A stretch of DNA of 64,000 bases, taken from the NCBI GenBank assembly GCA_031404815.1, contig JANNIH010000054.1:125509-189508 (forward strand), given 5' to 3'. Position 1 is the first letter of the stretch, and each line of letters starts with the position of its first letter. The translations under genes were made by a program, and so were the position numbers. This stretch comes from Holophagales bacterium. GTDB taxonomy: Bacteria; Acidobacteriota; Thermoanaerobaculia; Multivoradales; UBA5704. Shown here in pieces: positions 20,277 through 32,869 of this stretch. The notes under the pieces are model-generated. The model worked only from the letters and a program-made list of their open reading frames with translations, was not told where the DNA came from and did no database searches.

Positions 20277-21467
20277 GTGGTTCTGCTCGGGTTTGGCGAG
20301 TTTGCGCCCCTTCTCGGCCAAGATCCCGACCTGCCTCCTCCCGCCACGGCGGAGAGCATTGAGGCGGCCGCGGCCGCTAAAGCGGCGGCAAAGGCCGCGG
20401 CCGATCGCGAGCGCTTCCTGCCCAAGCTCGACCTCTTCTTCCCTGAGGGCGATCTGAACCTCCGGATCAGCCGGCTCGCGAACAAGACCTTCTTTGAAGG
20501 GCAGGTGAAGTATAACTTCATCAATGGTGACATAACCGCGTTCCTGCGCTACCGCTACTACGGCTACCGGCGAATTACCCAGCTCGCGGTGTTCGATTCG
20601 ATTGAGTTCGAGAACCTCGAGCGGGGCTCGGAAGAGTTCGACCGGGTCCGCGGTGTGCTCACCCTGATGCAGTGGCCGCACAGTGCCAACCACCGGACCT
20701 TCTTTCTGACCGAGGCGGACCGGATCTCCTCGAGTCGCTCCGCGCTTCGGTTCAACACCAATCGGACCAACACGTTCTTCCGCGTCGGCTACCAGCTCGG
20801 CACCGACCAGGATGCCCGCAGCAACGCGATCGTCGGCGAATTTCGCGCCCGCAACGAGCGCCTGTTCACGGCGACGCGAGAAGTGGGTCCAGGCCAGACC
20901 GGATTCACCGCGGCACTAACCTACAGCTCGGACTTGATCGGCGATTTCGACTACGTGAAGGCAGAGATCGAGACCCTCAAGCGCTGGAACGTCTCACCGA
21001 ACACCTTCGTTATCGGCCGCCTGCACGCGGGCCTCTTTCCCTACCGGCCCCGGATCGACAGACCCGACCGACCCGACCCGACCGACCGCTACGCCATCCC
21101 GCGCGCCGAGTACTTCCGCCTGGAGGGGCGCGAGAACCTCAAGGGACTGGGCCGGCGCACCCGCGGCACCCACGAGGCCCACACGACCTTCGAATGGTTC
21201 ATCCCTTGGTTTCGCGATCAGAACCGCGAAGCGCTCCGCGCCGATTGGCAGACCTGGTACTGGATCGCCTACCTCGGCGCCGGAGCCGCCGGCTACGACA
21301 CCCAGGTCTTCCGCGGCCTCGACGGCTGGATCACCGACGCCGGCCTCGGGTTCGAAGCCGCGGCGAAGGTCAAGAACTACCGGTTCTTCCTCTCCGGAAT
21401 CGCCGCCCGAGCCTTCCGCAAAGGCGAGAGCGGCGAGTTTCGGCTATCGATCAAGTCGTACCACTGA
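20277..21467 (+). CDS. Hypothetical protein, probable outer-membrane beta-barrel
   Basis: Aromatic-rich alternating beta-strand pattern; DAGLGFE and C-terminal FRLSIKSYH; start uncertain. Confidence 0.55.
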   Translation: MVLLGFGEFAPLLGQDPDLPPPATAESIEAAAAAKAAAKAAADRERFLPKLDLFFPEGDLNLRISRLANKTFFEGQVKYNFINGDITAFLRYRYYGYRRITQLAVFDSIEFENLERGSEEFDRVRGVLTLMQWPHSANHRTFFLTEADRISSSRSALRFNTNRTNTFFRVGYQLGTDQDARSNAIVGEFRARNERLFTATREVGPGQTGFTAALTYSSDLIGDFDYVKAEIETLKRWNVSPNTFVIGRLHAGLFPYRPRIDRPDRPDPTDRYAIPRAEYFRLEGRENLKGLGRRTRGTHEAHTTFEWFIPWFRDQNREALRADWQTWYWIAYLGAGAAGYDTQVFRGLDGWITDAGLGFEAAAKVKNYRFFLSGIAARAFRKGESGEFRLSIKSYH

Positions 21468-24400
21468 GCCGGTCGCCAGGAACCAGAGCTCGAAGCGCGG
21501 CAGCTCGACGAGACCGAGGGCATCGCGGATCGCGCGGGTGTATTGGGCGCCCTGAGGGGCGTAGGCCGAGGCTCGGGCTTGGAGTTCTACATCGTCCCTC
21601 GCATCGTCGGTCTTGTAGTCGACGACCACGAAGCTATCGGTCCCGTCGCTCCCTTCCTCGCGGTAGAGAAGATCGATCGCGCCCGAGACGAAGCCGATCG
21701 GCCCACGCTCGTCTGGGCCATCCACCGGAGGCGGCAGGAGGATCGGCAGCTCACGCGCCACGATTCTTGGAGCGAGCGAACGGAGGCGTTCCGCAAGAGG
21801 TCCCACAGCGAAATGTTCGAGCAGGGACCGCGCGCGAACAGCGGCCACCGAGAGCGTTTCGGCATCGACACCCGGGAGAGCGGCGAGATGGCTCGGCAGC
21901 CTCTCGATCTGGCGCGTCCTCTCGGCAGCAACCTCCGCATCGAGATCCCAATCTTCGAGCGCCCGATGGACGGCGGTGCCTGCGGCCATGGCCGCATTGC
22001 GGTGGTCGGCGGCATCTGTAGCCTGGGCGATGTCGGGATTCTCCTCTGCGCTCTCACTCCGCTCCGCTTGGAGCTGGCGCAGCCGCTCGTGGGCCTCCTC
22101 CGATGCGGGCGCCGAGATTCGCCGGGCCTGGCGGGCGACGGCGGCGAGTTGACGCTCGGCCAGACGCCCAACCGCCCGGGCGACTTCGGGTCCGGTGCCG
22201 TAGGGCGCGGCTCGGTCGGTCGCCCGCGCCGCCGGGCCCGCTTGGGCTTGGGCGGGTGGGCCGTCGAGCGCCGGAAAGCGCCAGAGCACGCCATCGCCGT
22301 CAATCCAGGCCGACTCCTGGGATTCGGGAGCCGCCAGCTCGGTCCACAGCGCCGTGAGGTCGGGCCGGCCGGGCCGAGCCGCCAGCAGATGCAAATGGGA
22401 GCGGGCTCGTTCGGCCAGAGTGCCCGGGTCCGAGCCGATGTCGGGATTCGCCTCCTTCTCGGCCCACAGGCCCGAGATCACCAGACGGACCTTCGCCCGG
22501 GTGAGCGCCACATACAGGGTGCGCACCCGCTCCGCCGCTTCGACCGCGGCGCGTTCCGCCTCGACCTCGGCAAAGCCGGGGGTCGGCGCGCCGAACAGGC
22601 GAACCTCCCAACGGCTCTCTGAGGTTTCGCCCGGTCCTTCTCCTAAAGTTCCTTCCAGCCGCCCCACCGCAGTGCCGATCTCGTTGTCGGCCGGGGGCTG
22701 CTTGTGCGTCTGCAGCAGGTAGACGTGTTCGAAATCTAGCCCCTTGGCACCGTGAATGGTGAGCACCGCCACGGCCGCCTCACCGCCGTCCGGCCGGGCC
22801 TCCTCGGCATCGAGCCCCTCGGTGATGCTCCGGCGCAGGACGCGCAGCAGGGCGCCCGCGTCCCCTTCTTCTTCCAGCGCATCGAGCAGGCGGCGGAAGA
22901 AGCGATCGAGGTTCGCCAGGCGATAGGGGCCGAGGTAGCGCGCCGACTCGGTCGGCTCGATGAACGAGAGGCGGCGAAGCTTCTCGACGAACAGGTCCGC
23001 GGCGTCGGTCGCAAACGAGCGGCGTAGCGCGGCCAGGGCCACCATCGCGGCTTCGAGGCTCGCGTCCCAACCGGCGATTTCGGCGATTCCCGGCACATCG
23101 CGCGGAGTTGCTTCGGCCGCCTCTCTGGTGAGCACGGAGATTCGGGCGAGCGCCTCGGCCGCCCGCACCGGATCGGAAGTGCCCCCCAATTCGCTCGCGA
23201 GGCGTGGAAACTCGCGGTTCCAGAGCGGGATCAACGCGGCGTCCGGAACGCCCACCGCCGCCGAGCGGAGCCAGGTGAGCAGGGCGAGGTGATCGCCCGG
23301 GTCGAGCACCGTGCGAACCAGAGCGGAGGCTTCGATAATCTCCCGCCGACGGTAGTACTGCCGATCGCGGCCGACGGCGAACGGAATGCGCCGGGCGCGC
23401 AACGCTTCGAGCACGATCTCGACCGAACCGAAGCCGCGCAGCAGAATGCCGAACGCATTCCAGGCGAGCCCTTCGCGCTCGTGGATCTCCGCGATATCCC
23501 GGGCGACCGCCTCGGCCTCCAACTCGGCGGCGATCCCGAGAGGGGTCTTGCCGAGCCCCGGTGCGTCGGGCGCAGCGCGGCGCCAGAGCACCCAATGCTC
23601 GACGGGTCGGCGCCCGAGGGCTGCGAAACCTTCCTCCTCGTCCAACCGTGCGCAAGGGAGCAGCGGCTGGAACGCCGGCTGAAGCCCTGCCCGCTCGCGC
23701 ATCACCGGGGCGACCGCGACCTCGACTTCGGCAAGGATGGCGGGTACCGATCGGAAGTTCTCGGCCAGCGGCAACACTTCGCCGCCCGTAGCGCGCACCC
23801 GATCGACGAAGCCGGAGTAGGCGGAGAGGTCGGCGCTGCGCCAACCGTAGATCGACTGTTTCGGGTCGCCGACCAGGAAGAGTCCCGGCAACGGCGCATC
23901 GGGCGCCAACGGGTCGGGCAGCGCGAGAGCCGCGAGCAGCGTACATTGCAACCGATCGGTGTCCTGGAACTCGTCGACCAGCAGCTGATCGATCCGGCCG
24001 CGCACCTCTCGGCGGACGCCGGAGTGTTCGCCAAGCAGCCGCGCCGCCCCGGAGAGCAACGACTGAAAGGTCGCGGCGCCGCGGGTTCTCATCGCGGTCT
24101 CGACGGTAAGGAGCAGCGGTGCGAGCGCACCCCGGGCGGCGGTGAGCAACTCGGCGTCGAATCCGGCCAAGAAACGCGCGGCGTGGCGAAGGCGGCCGGA
24201 AGCGGCGGCGATCGCCTCGGCGCGATCGGCGAAGGCGGTGTCTTCCGCGTTGTTGAAATCGCCTTTTTCCCACTTGCCCAGGTGGTTCACCAGGTTGTCG
24301 GTCAGCAGCTCGGCGCACACGGGCCCCAAGAAAGCGAGTCCGGCGGCCTCGACGCCTAGGCAGCGCCGGTTGATCTGGCCTACCGCGCTTGCGATCTTCT

Positions 24401-25226
24401 CAGCGTTCGGGAGGCGACCCTTCAACCGGCCGGCGAGCAGACCCTCGAGTTCCCGAGCCGCGCCAACCAAACCGCGGGAAAGCCCGGTGGCACCCGGCCC
24501 GGACAACGGGTCGGCGAGCAGAGCCGAAGGCGGCAGCCCTTCGCGGGCGAGGATCAGCAGCGCCTCGACCAGCTCGCGCGGGCCGAGGCCCCGGGCCGCC
24601 AGGGCCAGGAGATGAGGGTCTCCCGGTTCGCCGTAGCCGACGCGCATCGCGCCTTCAACCGCCTCTTGGATCGCTTCGTCGAGCAGGCGTCCGTCCGCGT
24701 CAACGGTGAGCATGGGGTGGACCCCGGCTTCGAGCGGATGCTCGGCGAGCAACCGGCGGCAGAACGCGTGAATGGTCGAGACGTTCAATTGGTCGAGCGT
24801 GACCAGCAGCGAACGCGCGCGGCGCCAAAGCTCGGCCTGAGGAGGTAGAGCCGCCGCTTCGAGCCAGTTCGGGACGCCGCCCAATTCTCCGGCGATGTTT
24901 CGGAGGCTATCCGCAGCGCGATGCGCCATTTCGGCCGCCGCGGCTTCAGTGAAGGTGATCGCGACGACCCCGGAAAGCACCTCGGCCGCGATCCGCTCCT
25001 CTTCGATTCGATGCTCCGAAACGCCGACGGAAGCGGCTCGCTCCGCGAGCCTTCCCGCCGCCCGCTCCCAACCGGGCCCGAGCGTCCAGGCGAGCAGCCG
25101 GGCGACCAGCGTCGTGGTCTTCCCTGTACCCGCCCCCGCTTCGAGCACCAAAGGGCGCTCGAACTCCGTCTGCGCCAACCGCCGGGCCGAGCGGTCGGCC
25201 GCGAGGAGCGCCGCGCGATCGATCAC
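21444..25226 (-). CDS. addA: UvrD-type helicase with C-terminal RecB-family nuclease (AddA-like)
   Basis: AGAGTGKT, ITFTEAAA, VDEFQD, VGDPKQSIYGWR, TIHGAKGL, YVALTRA, GAIDLL...VDYKT; GTG at 25226 overlaps the upstream TGA. Confidence 0.88.
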   Translation of the reverse strand: MIDRAALLAADRSARRLAQTEFERPLVLEAGAGTGKTTTLVARLLAWTLGPGWERAAGRLAERAASVGVSEHRIEEERIAAEVLSGVVAITFTEAAAAEMAHRAADSLRNIAGELGGVPNWLEAAALPPQAELWRRARSLLVTLDQLNVSTIHAFCRRLLAEHPLEAGVHPMLTVDADGRLLDEAIQEAVEGAMRVGYGEPGDPHLLALAARGLGPRELVEALLILAREGLPPSALLADPLSGPGATGLSRGLVGAARELEGLLAGRLKGRLPNAEKIASAVGQINRRCLGVEAAGLAFLGPVCAELLTDNLVNHLGKWEKGDFNNAEDTAFADRAEAIAAASGRLRHAARFLAGFDAELLTAARGALAPLLLTVETAMRTRGAATFQSLLSGAARLLGEHSGVRREVRGRIDQLLVDEFQDTDRLQCTLLAALALPDPLAPDAPLPGLFLVGDPKQSIYGWRSADLSAYSGFVDRVRATGGEVLPLAENFRSVPAILAEVEVAVAPVMRERAGLQPAFQPLLPCARLDEEEGFAALGRRPVEHWVLWRRAAPDAPGLGKTPLGIAAELEAEAVARDIAEIHEREGLAWNAFGILLRGFGSVEIVLEALRARRIPFAVGRDRQYYRRREIIEASALVRTVLDPGDHLALLTWLRSAAVGVPDAALIPLWNREFPRLASELGGTSDPVRAAEALARISVLTREAAEATPRDVPGIAEIAGWDASLEAAMVALAALRRSFATDAADLFVEKLRRLSFIEPTESARYLGPYRLANLDRFFRRLLDALEEEGDAGALLRVLRRSITEGLDAEEARPDGGEAAVAVLTIHGAKGLDFEHVYLLQTHKQPPADNEIGTAVGRLEGTLGEGPGETSESRWEVRLFGAPTPGFAEVEAERAAVEAAERVRTLYVALTRAKVRLVISGLWAEKEANPDIGSDPGTLAERARSHLHLLAARPGRPDLTALWTELAAPESQESAWIDGDGVLWRFPALDGPPAQAQAGPAARATDRAAPYGTGPEVARAVGRLAERQLAAVARQARRISAPASEEAHERLRQLQAERSESAEENPDIAQATDAADHRNAAMAAGTAVHRALEDWDLDAEVAAERTRQIERLPSHLAALPGVDAETLSVAAVRARSLLEHFAVGPLAERLRSLAPRIVARELPILLPPPVDGPDERGPIGFVSGAIDLLYREEGSDGTDSFVVVDYKTDDARDDVELQARASAYAPQGAQYTRAIRDALGLVELPRFELWFLATGSVVRLDR

Positions 25227-28200
25227 GAGTCCCCCCCGCGACCTTCCGGCGCCGCCAGATCCCAGACCCCGAGCAGCGCTCGGCCGGCTGGGTCTTCCGC
25301 CTCGCCGCGGGTTGACCACTCGAAGAGCCGGCGGCGGGCTCCGGAGTCGCCGCGCAGGCAGGCTTCGGCCACTTCGCAATAGTCGCAGCGGCGCGGCTCT
25401 TTTTGGCCCACCGGATCGACCAGGCGGGGAAAGAAACTCCCCGCGGTGTGGGCCGCGAGGCCGGCGGCCACCGCGCGATCGAACGCCGCGTCGATCTCGG
25501 GGTCCTGCTCAACCGCGAACTCGCGGATCTCGACCTCGGGCTTCAGGTAGAAGTACCGGCCGCGCGCGCCGGGTCCCGCCGACCGGCGGTAGGCGACCGC
25601 CTGGAGCAGGGCACCGGAGCCGATCTTGGCGATCAGGTCCGCGCGCCGATTCTCGGGACGCTTCTTGATCGAGAGCGGCCGGCCGGTTTTCCAATCCGTG
25701 AACAACGAGGCTCCGTCGGCCAGGCGGTCTTCGCGATCGGCGCGAAACGACAAGGCTCGAGAGCCGCCGGTTGTGGGGTCGATCACCAGGACGGTCCCTG
25801 GGACCTCCGTCCCCACCCGCTCGTTGTGCCACGGTTCGCGCGCCGCGGCGAGAAACGGCCTCGCCCGCTCGGCGAGCGCTCGCGAGAGACCGACCAGCGC
25901 GATGCCCTCCTCCGCAACCACCAGCGCGGCCTCCTGTTGGAGCGCGACTTCGATCTCCTCCGCCGCGGGCCAATCGGAGGCCTGATTCCCTCCCCTCTTG
26001 GCGAGCCGGTCGAGCACCGCGTGGATCAGGTTGCCGAGCAGTCGGGCGTCGAGACCGGGAAGCGCTTGGAGCGGATCGGGGGTCGGTTCGATCGCCAGCA
26101 AGCGAGAAAGGAAGAATTGCCAGGGGCAGCCATCCAGTCGTTCGAGGTGGGTGACGGCGAGGTCGCGACGACGTGGATCGAGCTCCGTCGATCGCGGGTC
26201 GGCACCGAGCGTTCCCACGAAACCGAACCAGGGGCCGAGCCTCCGGCTTGCGGCGCGCCCCTCGCTCGTCCGCAGGTCGGGGTCGAGCTCGGCCAATGCC
26301 GCCAAGCGGGCGCGCGCGGTCTCATCCGGCCGGAAGGTCCCAAGACCCAACGCCATTTCGGTGAGTGCCACCGGTAGGATCTCTGCGAAGCTCGCCCGCG
26401 GCCCATGAAGCGCCGCGAGAATTGAGTGCTCCCAGGCCGGACGCAGGAGCGCTGCGGAGCGCGGGCCGCTCGGCAACGTCGGGTCCGGCGCGGCGAACAA
26501 CCCAGGGGCGCGCACCACTCCCCCGGCTTCGAAATCGATCCGCTCGACGAGCGGCGAAACGGCGCGCGGTCGGCCGTCGTCATCGGCGCTCTGCCACGAC
26601 AGGGTGACCCGCGGCGCAGCCGAAAGGAGTTGGGCGAACAGATGGCGCTCCTCGTCGAAGCCGGAGCGCTTCTCCGCGAGATCGGGCAGCAGGCGCCGCA
26701 CCACGCGCCGAAGCGCGTCGGGCAGGAGCGGGTCTTCCCGCACCGGCCGAGGAAACGCGTCGCGGGCGAGACCGATGACGAACAGGTGCGGAAACGTCCG
26801 CCCGCGCGCCTCGGTGACCGAAAGCACCTGAACGCCGCCGCCATCACCGCCAAACCCTGAGGTGCCAAGCCGAGACAACGTTGCTGCGACCAGAGCGCCG
26901 AACTCATCGCGGGTGAGCGGAAACTCGGCCGGCAGATCGCGCGCCAAGGCTTCCAAGGCAGCGTAGACGTGCCCGATCTCGTCGTCGGGAAAAGTGCTCT
27001 CGCGGTGCGGCTTCGGACTCCAGCCTAGATCGCCCGCGAGCAGAGCGCGCAAGCGCGCCAGATGTACCTCTGTGGGGGCCGCCGCGGGCCAACCCGCCAA
27101 CCGCTCGCTGGTGCGGCGCGCCGCGGCGATCGCCGCGGCCAGCCGCTCCCCTGCGATCCGCCGCCGCGGGGCACGGGCGATCCCGCCACCTTCGCCGCTC
27201 CCAGGACTCGCCTCACCCTCCGCGCCCGCGGCTGCGGGCAGCAATCGTTCCAGCCCCTCGGTATCGTCCGCCCCCTCGGGCTCCGGGTCGCGTTCGGTGC
27301 CCGCGGTAAACCCCTGGCGGATGGGCAACGAGTATTTTCCCCATCGATCGAGCAGACCGGTGATTTCGATCTCCGCCGCATCGCGCAACCGCCCTGCCCC
27401 GAGCGCGGCAAACGCGAGACGCAACTCGAAACCGGGGCGCCCGGCGCCCGGCAGGGCGATCGCCGCATCGAGCCAACGCGAGACCGGGGTCTCGCCACCC
27501 CGGCGAAGGAGATCTTCGAGGGCAGCCAGGCGCCGACCCATGGGAGTCTTGCCGCCGGTCGCCGCGAGCCCTGAGTACGGTACGCCCAATCGTTCGAAAT
27601 GACGCCGCACGGCGAACCGGTAGGGTGCGAGATCGCGCGCCACCACCCCCAGCCGCTCGGGGGCCACCCCCCCATCGAGCAGAGCACGCAGCCGCACGGC
27701 CACCTCGCGAACCTCCGCGTCGGTCCCCGCCGCGGTGAAGGCCTCGCGGCGCGGCGGCGCGGGCTCCGGCCCTCCGCTGAGCGCCGGGCCGGAGCTAAGC
27801 GCGATCCGCTCGGTCCAGAGGTCGACGAAGGCGCGCTCCAGGCGGACCTCCCCGGCGCCGGATTCGCCAATTCTCTGGAACGAAGGGTCGGGGGAGCGGT
27901 CGACCAGGACCGTGGCGTCACAGGCGCGCACCAGCCCTTCGATCAGATCGGTGGCGAGCCCCGTTGCGTCGGCGAAGCCATGAACGATCACCGCGCGAGC
28001 GGGCAGAGCCTCGGGCCGAGAGAGGAGAACCTCGGTTGCGCGGCGGAGCAGATCGGCGATCCGACAGACTCCCAACCGCTCGGCCTCTCCTTCCGTTGAC
28101 GCCGCGGCGCGGACCAGGGCGCGCGCCCTGGCGAGGTCCATCGGGGTGGCGACCGCCTTGCCTTCGGTGGCGAGCAACTCGTCGAGCGCGTCGGCGTGGG

Positions 28201-28690
28201 CCGGATCGAGGCCGGCGTCGAGCAGGTCGCGGATCGTCGCGACGGCTGCCCCGTACCCTTCGAGCAGCTCTTCGAGCCCGCGAAAGAGGGCTGGTTGGGC
28301 GCGCGCCGCCCGGCGGGCCAGAATCTCGAACAGATCTCCTCTTCCGGGCTCGGCCGGCTCGCCCGCGTGCTCCAAGATCTCGAGCGCCAACGTGTGGAGG
28401 GTTTGAACGATCAGGCCCGCGGTACCGCGCGCGCGATGGCGAACCAGGGCCGAGGCGACATGGAGCCGCAAGCTCTTGGACGGCACCACGATGCGCACCG
28501 GGCGGGCGAGCAGGGCAGGATCTTGTTCGGCCGCGGCGAGCAGAGCGTCGATTTCGGCGAACAGGACCGCTTCGGTTCCCTGCGCTCCGCACCCCGCCAG
28601 CAGGCGGCCGCGGGGGATCGGCGGCTGGGGCGTGAACGCCCTGGGCGGCGTTCTAGAGCCCGGACCGAAGAGATCGAGTTGTTGCGCCAC
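25223..28690 (-). CDS. addB: AddB-like inactive helicase / PD-(D/E)XK nuclease with Fe-S cysteines
   Basis: EERHLF, GCPWQF, G.LIHAVL, RADRED, DWKTG, C-terminal CDYCEVAEAC; coupled to the addA-like gene. Confidence 0.82.
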   Translation of the reverse strand: MAQQLDLFGPGSRTPPRAFTPQPPIPRGRLLAGCGAQGTEAVLFAEIDALLAAAEQDPALLARPVRIVVPSKSLRLHVASALVRHRARGTAGLIVQTLHTLALEILEHAGEPAEPGRGDLFEILARRAARAQPALFRGLEELLEGYGAAVATIRDLLDAGLDPAHADALDELLATEGKAVATPMDLARARALVRAAASTEGEAERLGVCRIADLLRRATEVLLSRPEALPARAVIVHGFADATGLATDLIEGLVRACDATVLVDRSPDPSFQRIGESGAGEVRLERAFVDLWTERIALSSGPALSGGPEPAPPRREAFTAAGTDAEVREVAVRLRALLDGGVAPERLGVVARDLAPYRFAVRRHFERLGVPYSGLAATGGKTPMGRRLAALEDLLRRGGETPVSRWLDAAIALPGAGRPGFELRLAFAALGAGRLRDAAEIEITGLLDRWGKYSLPIRQGFTAGTERDPEPEGADDTEGLERLLPAAAGAEGEASPGSGEGGGIARAPRRRIAGERLAAAIAAARRTSERLAGWPAAAPTEVHLARLRALLAGDLGWSPKPHRESTFPDDEIGHVYAALEALARDLPAEFPLTRDEFGALVAATLSRLGTSGFGGDGGGVQVLSVTEARGRTFPHLFVIGLARDAFPRPVREDPLLPDALRRVVRRLLPDLAEKRSGFDEERHLFAQLLSAAPRVTLSWQSADDDGRPRAVSPLVERIDFEAGGVVRAPGLFAAPDPTLPSGPRSAALLRPAWEHSILAALHGPRASFAEILPVALTEMALGLGTFRPDETARARLAALAELDPDLRTSEGRAASRRLGPWFGFVGTLGADPRSTELDPRRRDLAVTHLERLDGCPWQFFLSRLLAIEPTPDPLQALPGLDARLLGNLIHAVLDRLAKRGGNQASDWPAAEEIEVALQQEAALVVAEEGIALVGLSRALAERARPFLAAAREPWHNERVGTEVPGTVLVIDPTTGGSRALSFRADREDRLADGASLFTDWKTGRPLSIKKRPENRRADLIAKIGSGALLQAVAYRRSAGPGARGRYFYLKPEVEIREFAVEQDPEIDAAFDRAVAAGLAAHTAGSFFPRLVDPVGQKEPRRCDYCEVAEACLRGDSGARRRLFEWSTRGEAEDPAGRALLGVWDLAAPEGRGGDS

Positions 28691-28742
28691 GGGCGAAGGA
28701 TACCGGGGAATCCGCGAGAAATGCGGACCAACGGCCGAAGCT

Positions 28743-29564
28743 TCAGCGGGCGAACGGCTCGAAACCGATCAACCAGCCGATGAGCAGCAGCGCGGGCGCC
28801 GCGAACAGGGCGGAGTCCATGCGGTCGAGCAGACCGCCGTGGCCAGGCAGGAGCGCTCCGGAATCTTTCACCCCGGCCTCCCGCTTGAACATCGATTCGA
28901 CCAAGTCGCCGACTTGCCCTGCGACCGCGGTGATCGCCCCGAGTGCGAGCACCCGTGCGTCAAGCGTGTCGAGCTGGCAGACGCTCCAGACGCCGGTGGC
29001 GATCAGGCTGGTCACGAAACCGGCGATCGCTCCCTCCCAGCTCTTCTTCGGGCTGATCGTCGGCGCGAGCTTGTGCCGCCCCCAGCGCGAGCCAATGTAG
29101 TAAGCGCCGGTGTCGCCGAGCCAGATGATCGCGACGAGCAGGAACGTCAACCAGGGGTCGGTCCCTTGAATCCGCGCGAACGCGACGGCCGGCAGCGCCA
29201 GGTAGACCGTACCGAAACCGAGGATCGCAAGCGCCGGCAGCGTTTCGGCGAGCGGGATTCGCGCGGCGAGCAGAGCGGTCGGCAGCACGATGCCGAACAG
29301 AGCCGTGAGTGCCAAAAGATGGTACGGCGAGCCGGCGACTCTTCCGGATGCCACCAGCCAGAGCCCGCTCGCCACGGTCGGGAGCAACACGTGGAGCAGC
29401 CAGAGCGGCGCGTTCGGTGCGAGCGGGCGCACGACGCGCAGGAACTCGACCGCACAGCCGATCATCACCGCGAGGATCAAAGCGAAGAGCAGCGGCTCGG
29501 AAAGGGCAAAGTTGGCCCACAGCGCGAGCGGCACGGTGACCAGAGCGGTGAGGAGGCGTTTCAA
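28743..29564 (-). CDS. cdsA: Phosphatidate cytidylyltransferase
   Basis: DTGAYYIG, ISPKKSWEG, GDLVESMFKR, KDSG.LLPGHGGLLDRMDS. Confidence 0.96.
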   Translation of the reverse strand: MKRLLTALVTVPLALWANFALSEPLLFALILAVMIGCAVEFLRVVRPLAPNAPLWLLHVLLPTVASGLWLVASGRVAGSPYHLLALTALFGIVLPTALLAARIPLAETLPALAILGFGTVYLALPAVAFARIQGTDPWLTFLLVAIIWLGDTGAYYIGSRWGRHKLAPTISPKKSWEGAIAGFVTSLIATGVWSVCQLDTLDARVLALGAITAVAGQVGDLVESMFKREAGVKDSGALLPGHGGLLDRMDSALFAAPALLLIGWLIGFEPFAR

Positions 29565-29674
29565 GATCGTGATCTCTGGAACGGGATCGAGCGTGGCAGG
29601 CGCGCGAGATCCAGCCGGCGCACCAGCATCACCTCGGGGGAACCCGGCTCCGCGAGCTTGGAAAGGTCGATCAT
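29561..29674 (-). pseudogene. Probable internally deleted remnant of undecaprenyl diphosphate synthase (uppS)
   Basis: 37-aa ORF MIDLSKLAEPGSPEVMLVRRLDLARLPR-SIPFQRSRS at the usual uppS position; its TGA overlaps the cdsA TTG; LD..RLPR normally precedes HIAIIMDGNGRW, which is absent. Confidence 0.55.
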
Positions 29675-29787
29675 GGCGAAGGCGACTTAAAGTAGCACAG
29701 AGTGGCCGGGCTACCCTCTGCTCGAAAGCTTGCCGGTCCTCACTCCTGGCGGCGCCGCCCGCTCGCCGAATCCTCTAAGATCTCTGG

Positions 29788-30398
29788 GTGCCTTCAGAGG
29801 AAGAGCCTCTCTTAGCCGACCAGGAGGGGGTCACCGAACTCCTGGTGGCCTATAGCGGAGGAGACCGCCGCGCTCTCGACCGTCTGGTGCCTCTGGTCTA
29901 TGCGGAGTTACGCCGGATCGCCTCGCTGCGGCTGCGCGGCGAAGGGCCGGCCGAGACTCTGCAAACGACCTCTCTCGTCAACGAGGCGTACCTTCGGCTG
30001 GTCGATGGTTCCCGCGTCCCGTTTCAGTCGCGTTCGCATTTCTTCGCCGTCGCGGCGCAGGCGATGCGCTACATCCTGGTCGACCGGGCGCGCGGGCGGG
30101 CGGCGCAAAAGCGCAGCGGCGGGGCAGAGCACCTGTCGCTCGACGAGGTCGGAACCGGGGTCGGACCGGCGGCGGCGTGGGCGGAGGGCGATCACGCGGA
30201 TCGGGTGATCGCGGTCCACGAGGCGCTTCAGCGGCTCGGGGAGGTGGACCCCCAAATGGTTTCGGTCGTGGAGCTGCGCTTCTTCGTCGGCCTGACGCTT
30301 GAGGAAGTGGCGCAGACGCTCGAGATCTCCCCCGCGGCCGCTTGGCGCGAGTGGGTTGCCGCGAAGGCTTTCCTCGCCGCCGAGCTGGGCGGGCTACC

Positions 30399-30402
<4 letters not shown>
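29788..30402 (+). CDS. ECF sigma factor of the kinase-associated (TIGR02999-like) type
   Basis: LVPLVYAELRRIA, TLQTTSLVNEAYLRL, RSHFFAVAAQAMRYILVD, VVELRFFVGLT. Confidence 0.9.
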
Positions 30403-32852
<2,450 letters not shown>

Positions 32853-32869
32853 CCGCCAGCCCTATCTAT

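Noticed and set aside
21444-28690. Novel anti-phage helicase-nuclease system
   Set aside because: The motifs, the Fe-S cysteines and the coupled gene order fit ordinary AddAB-type repair enzymes.
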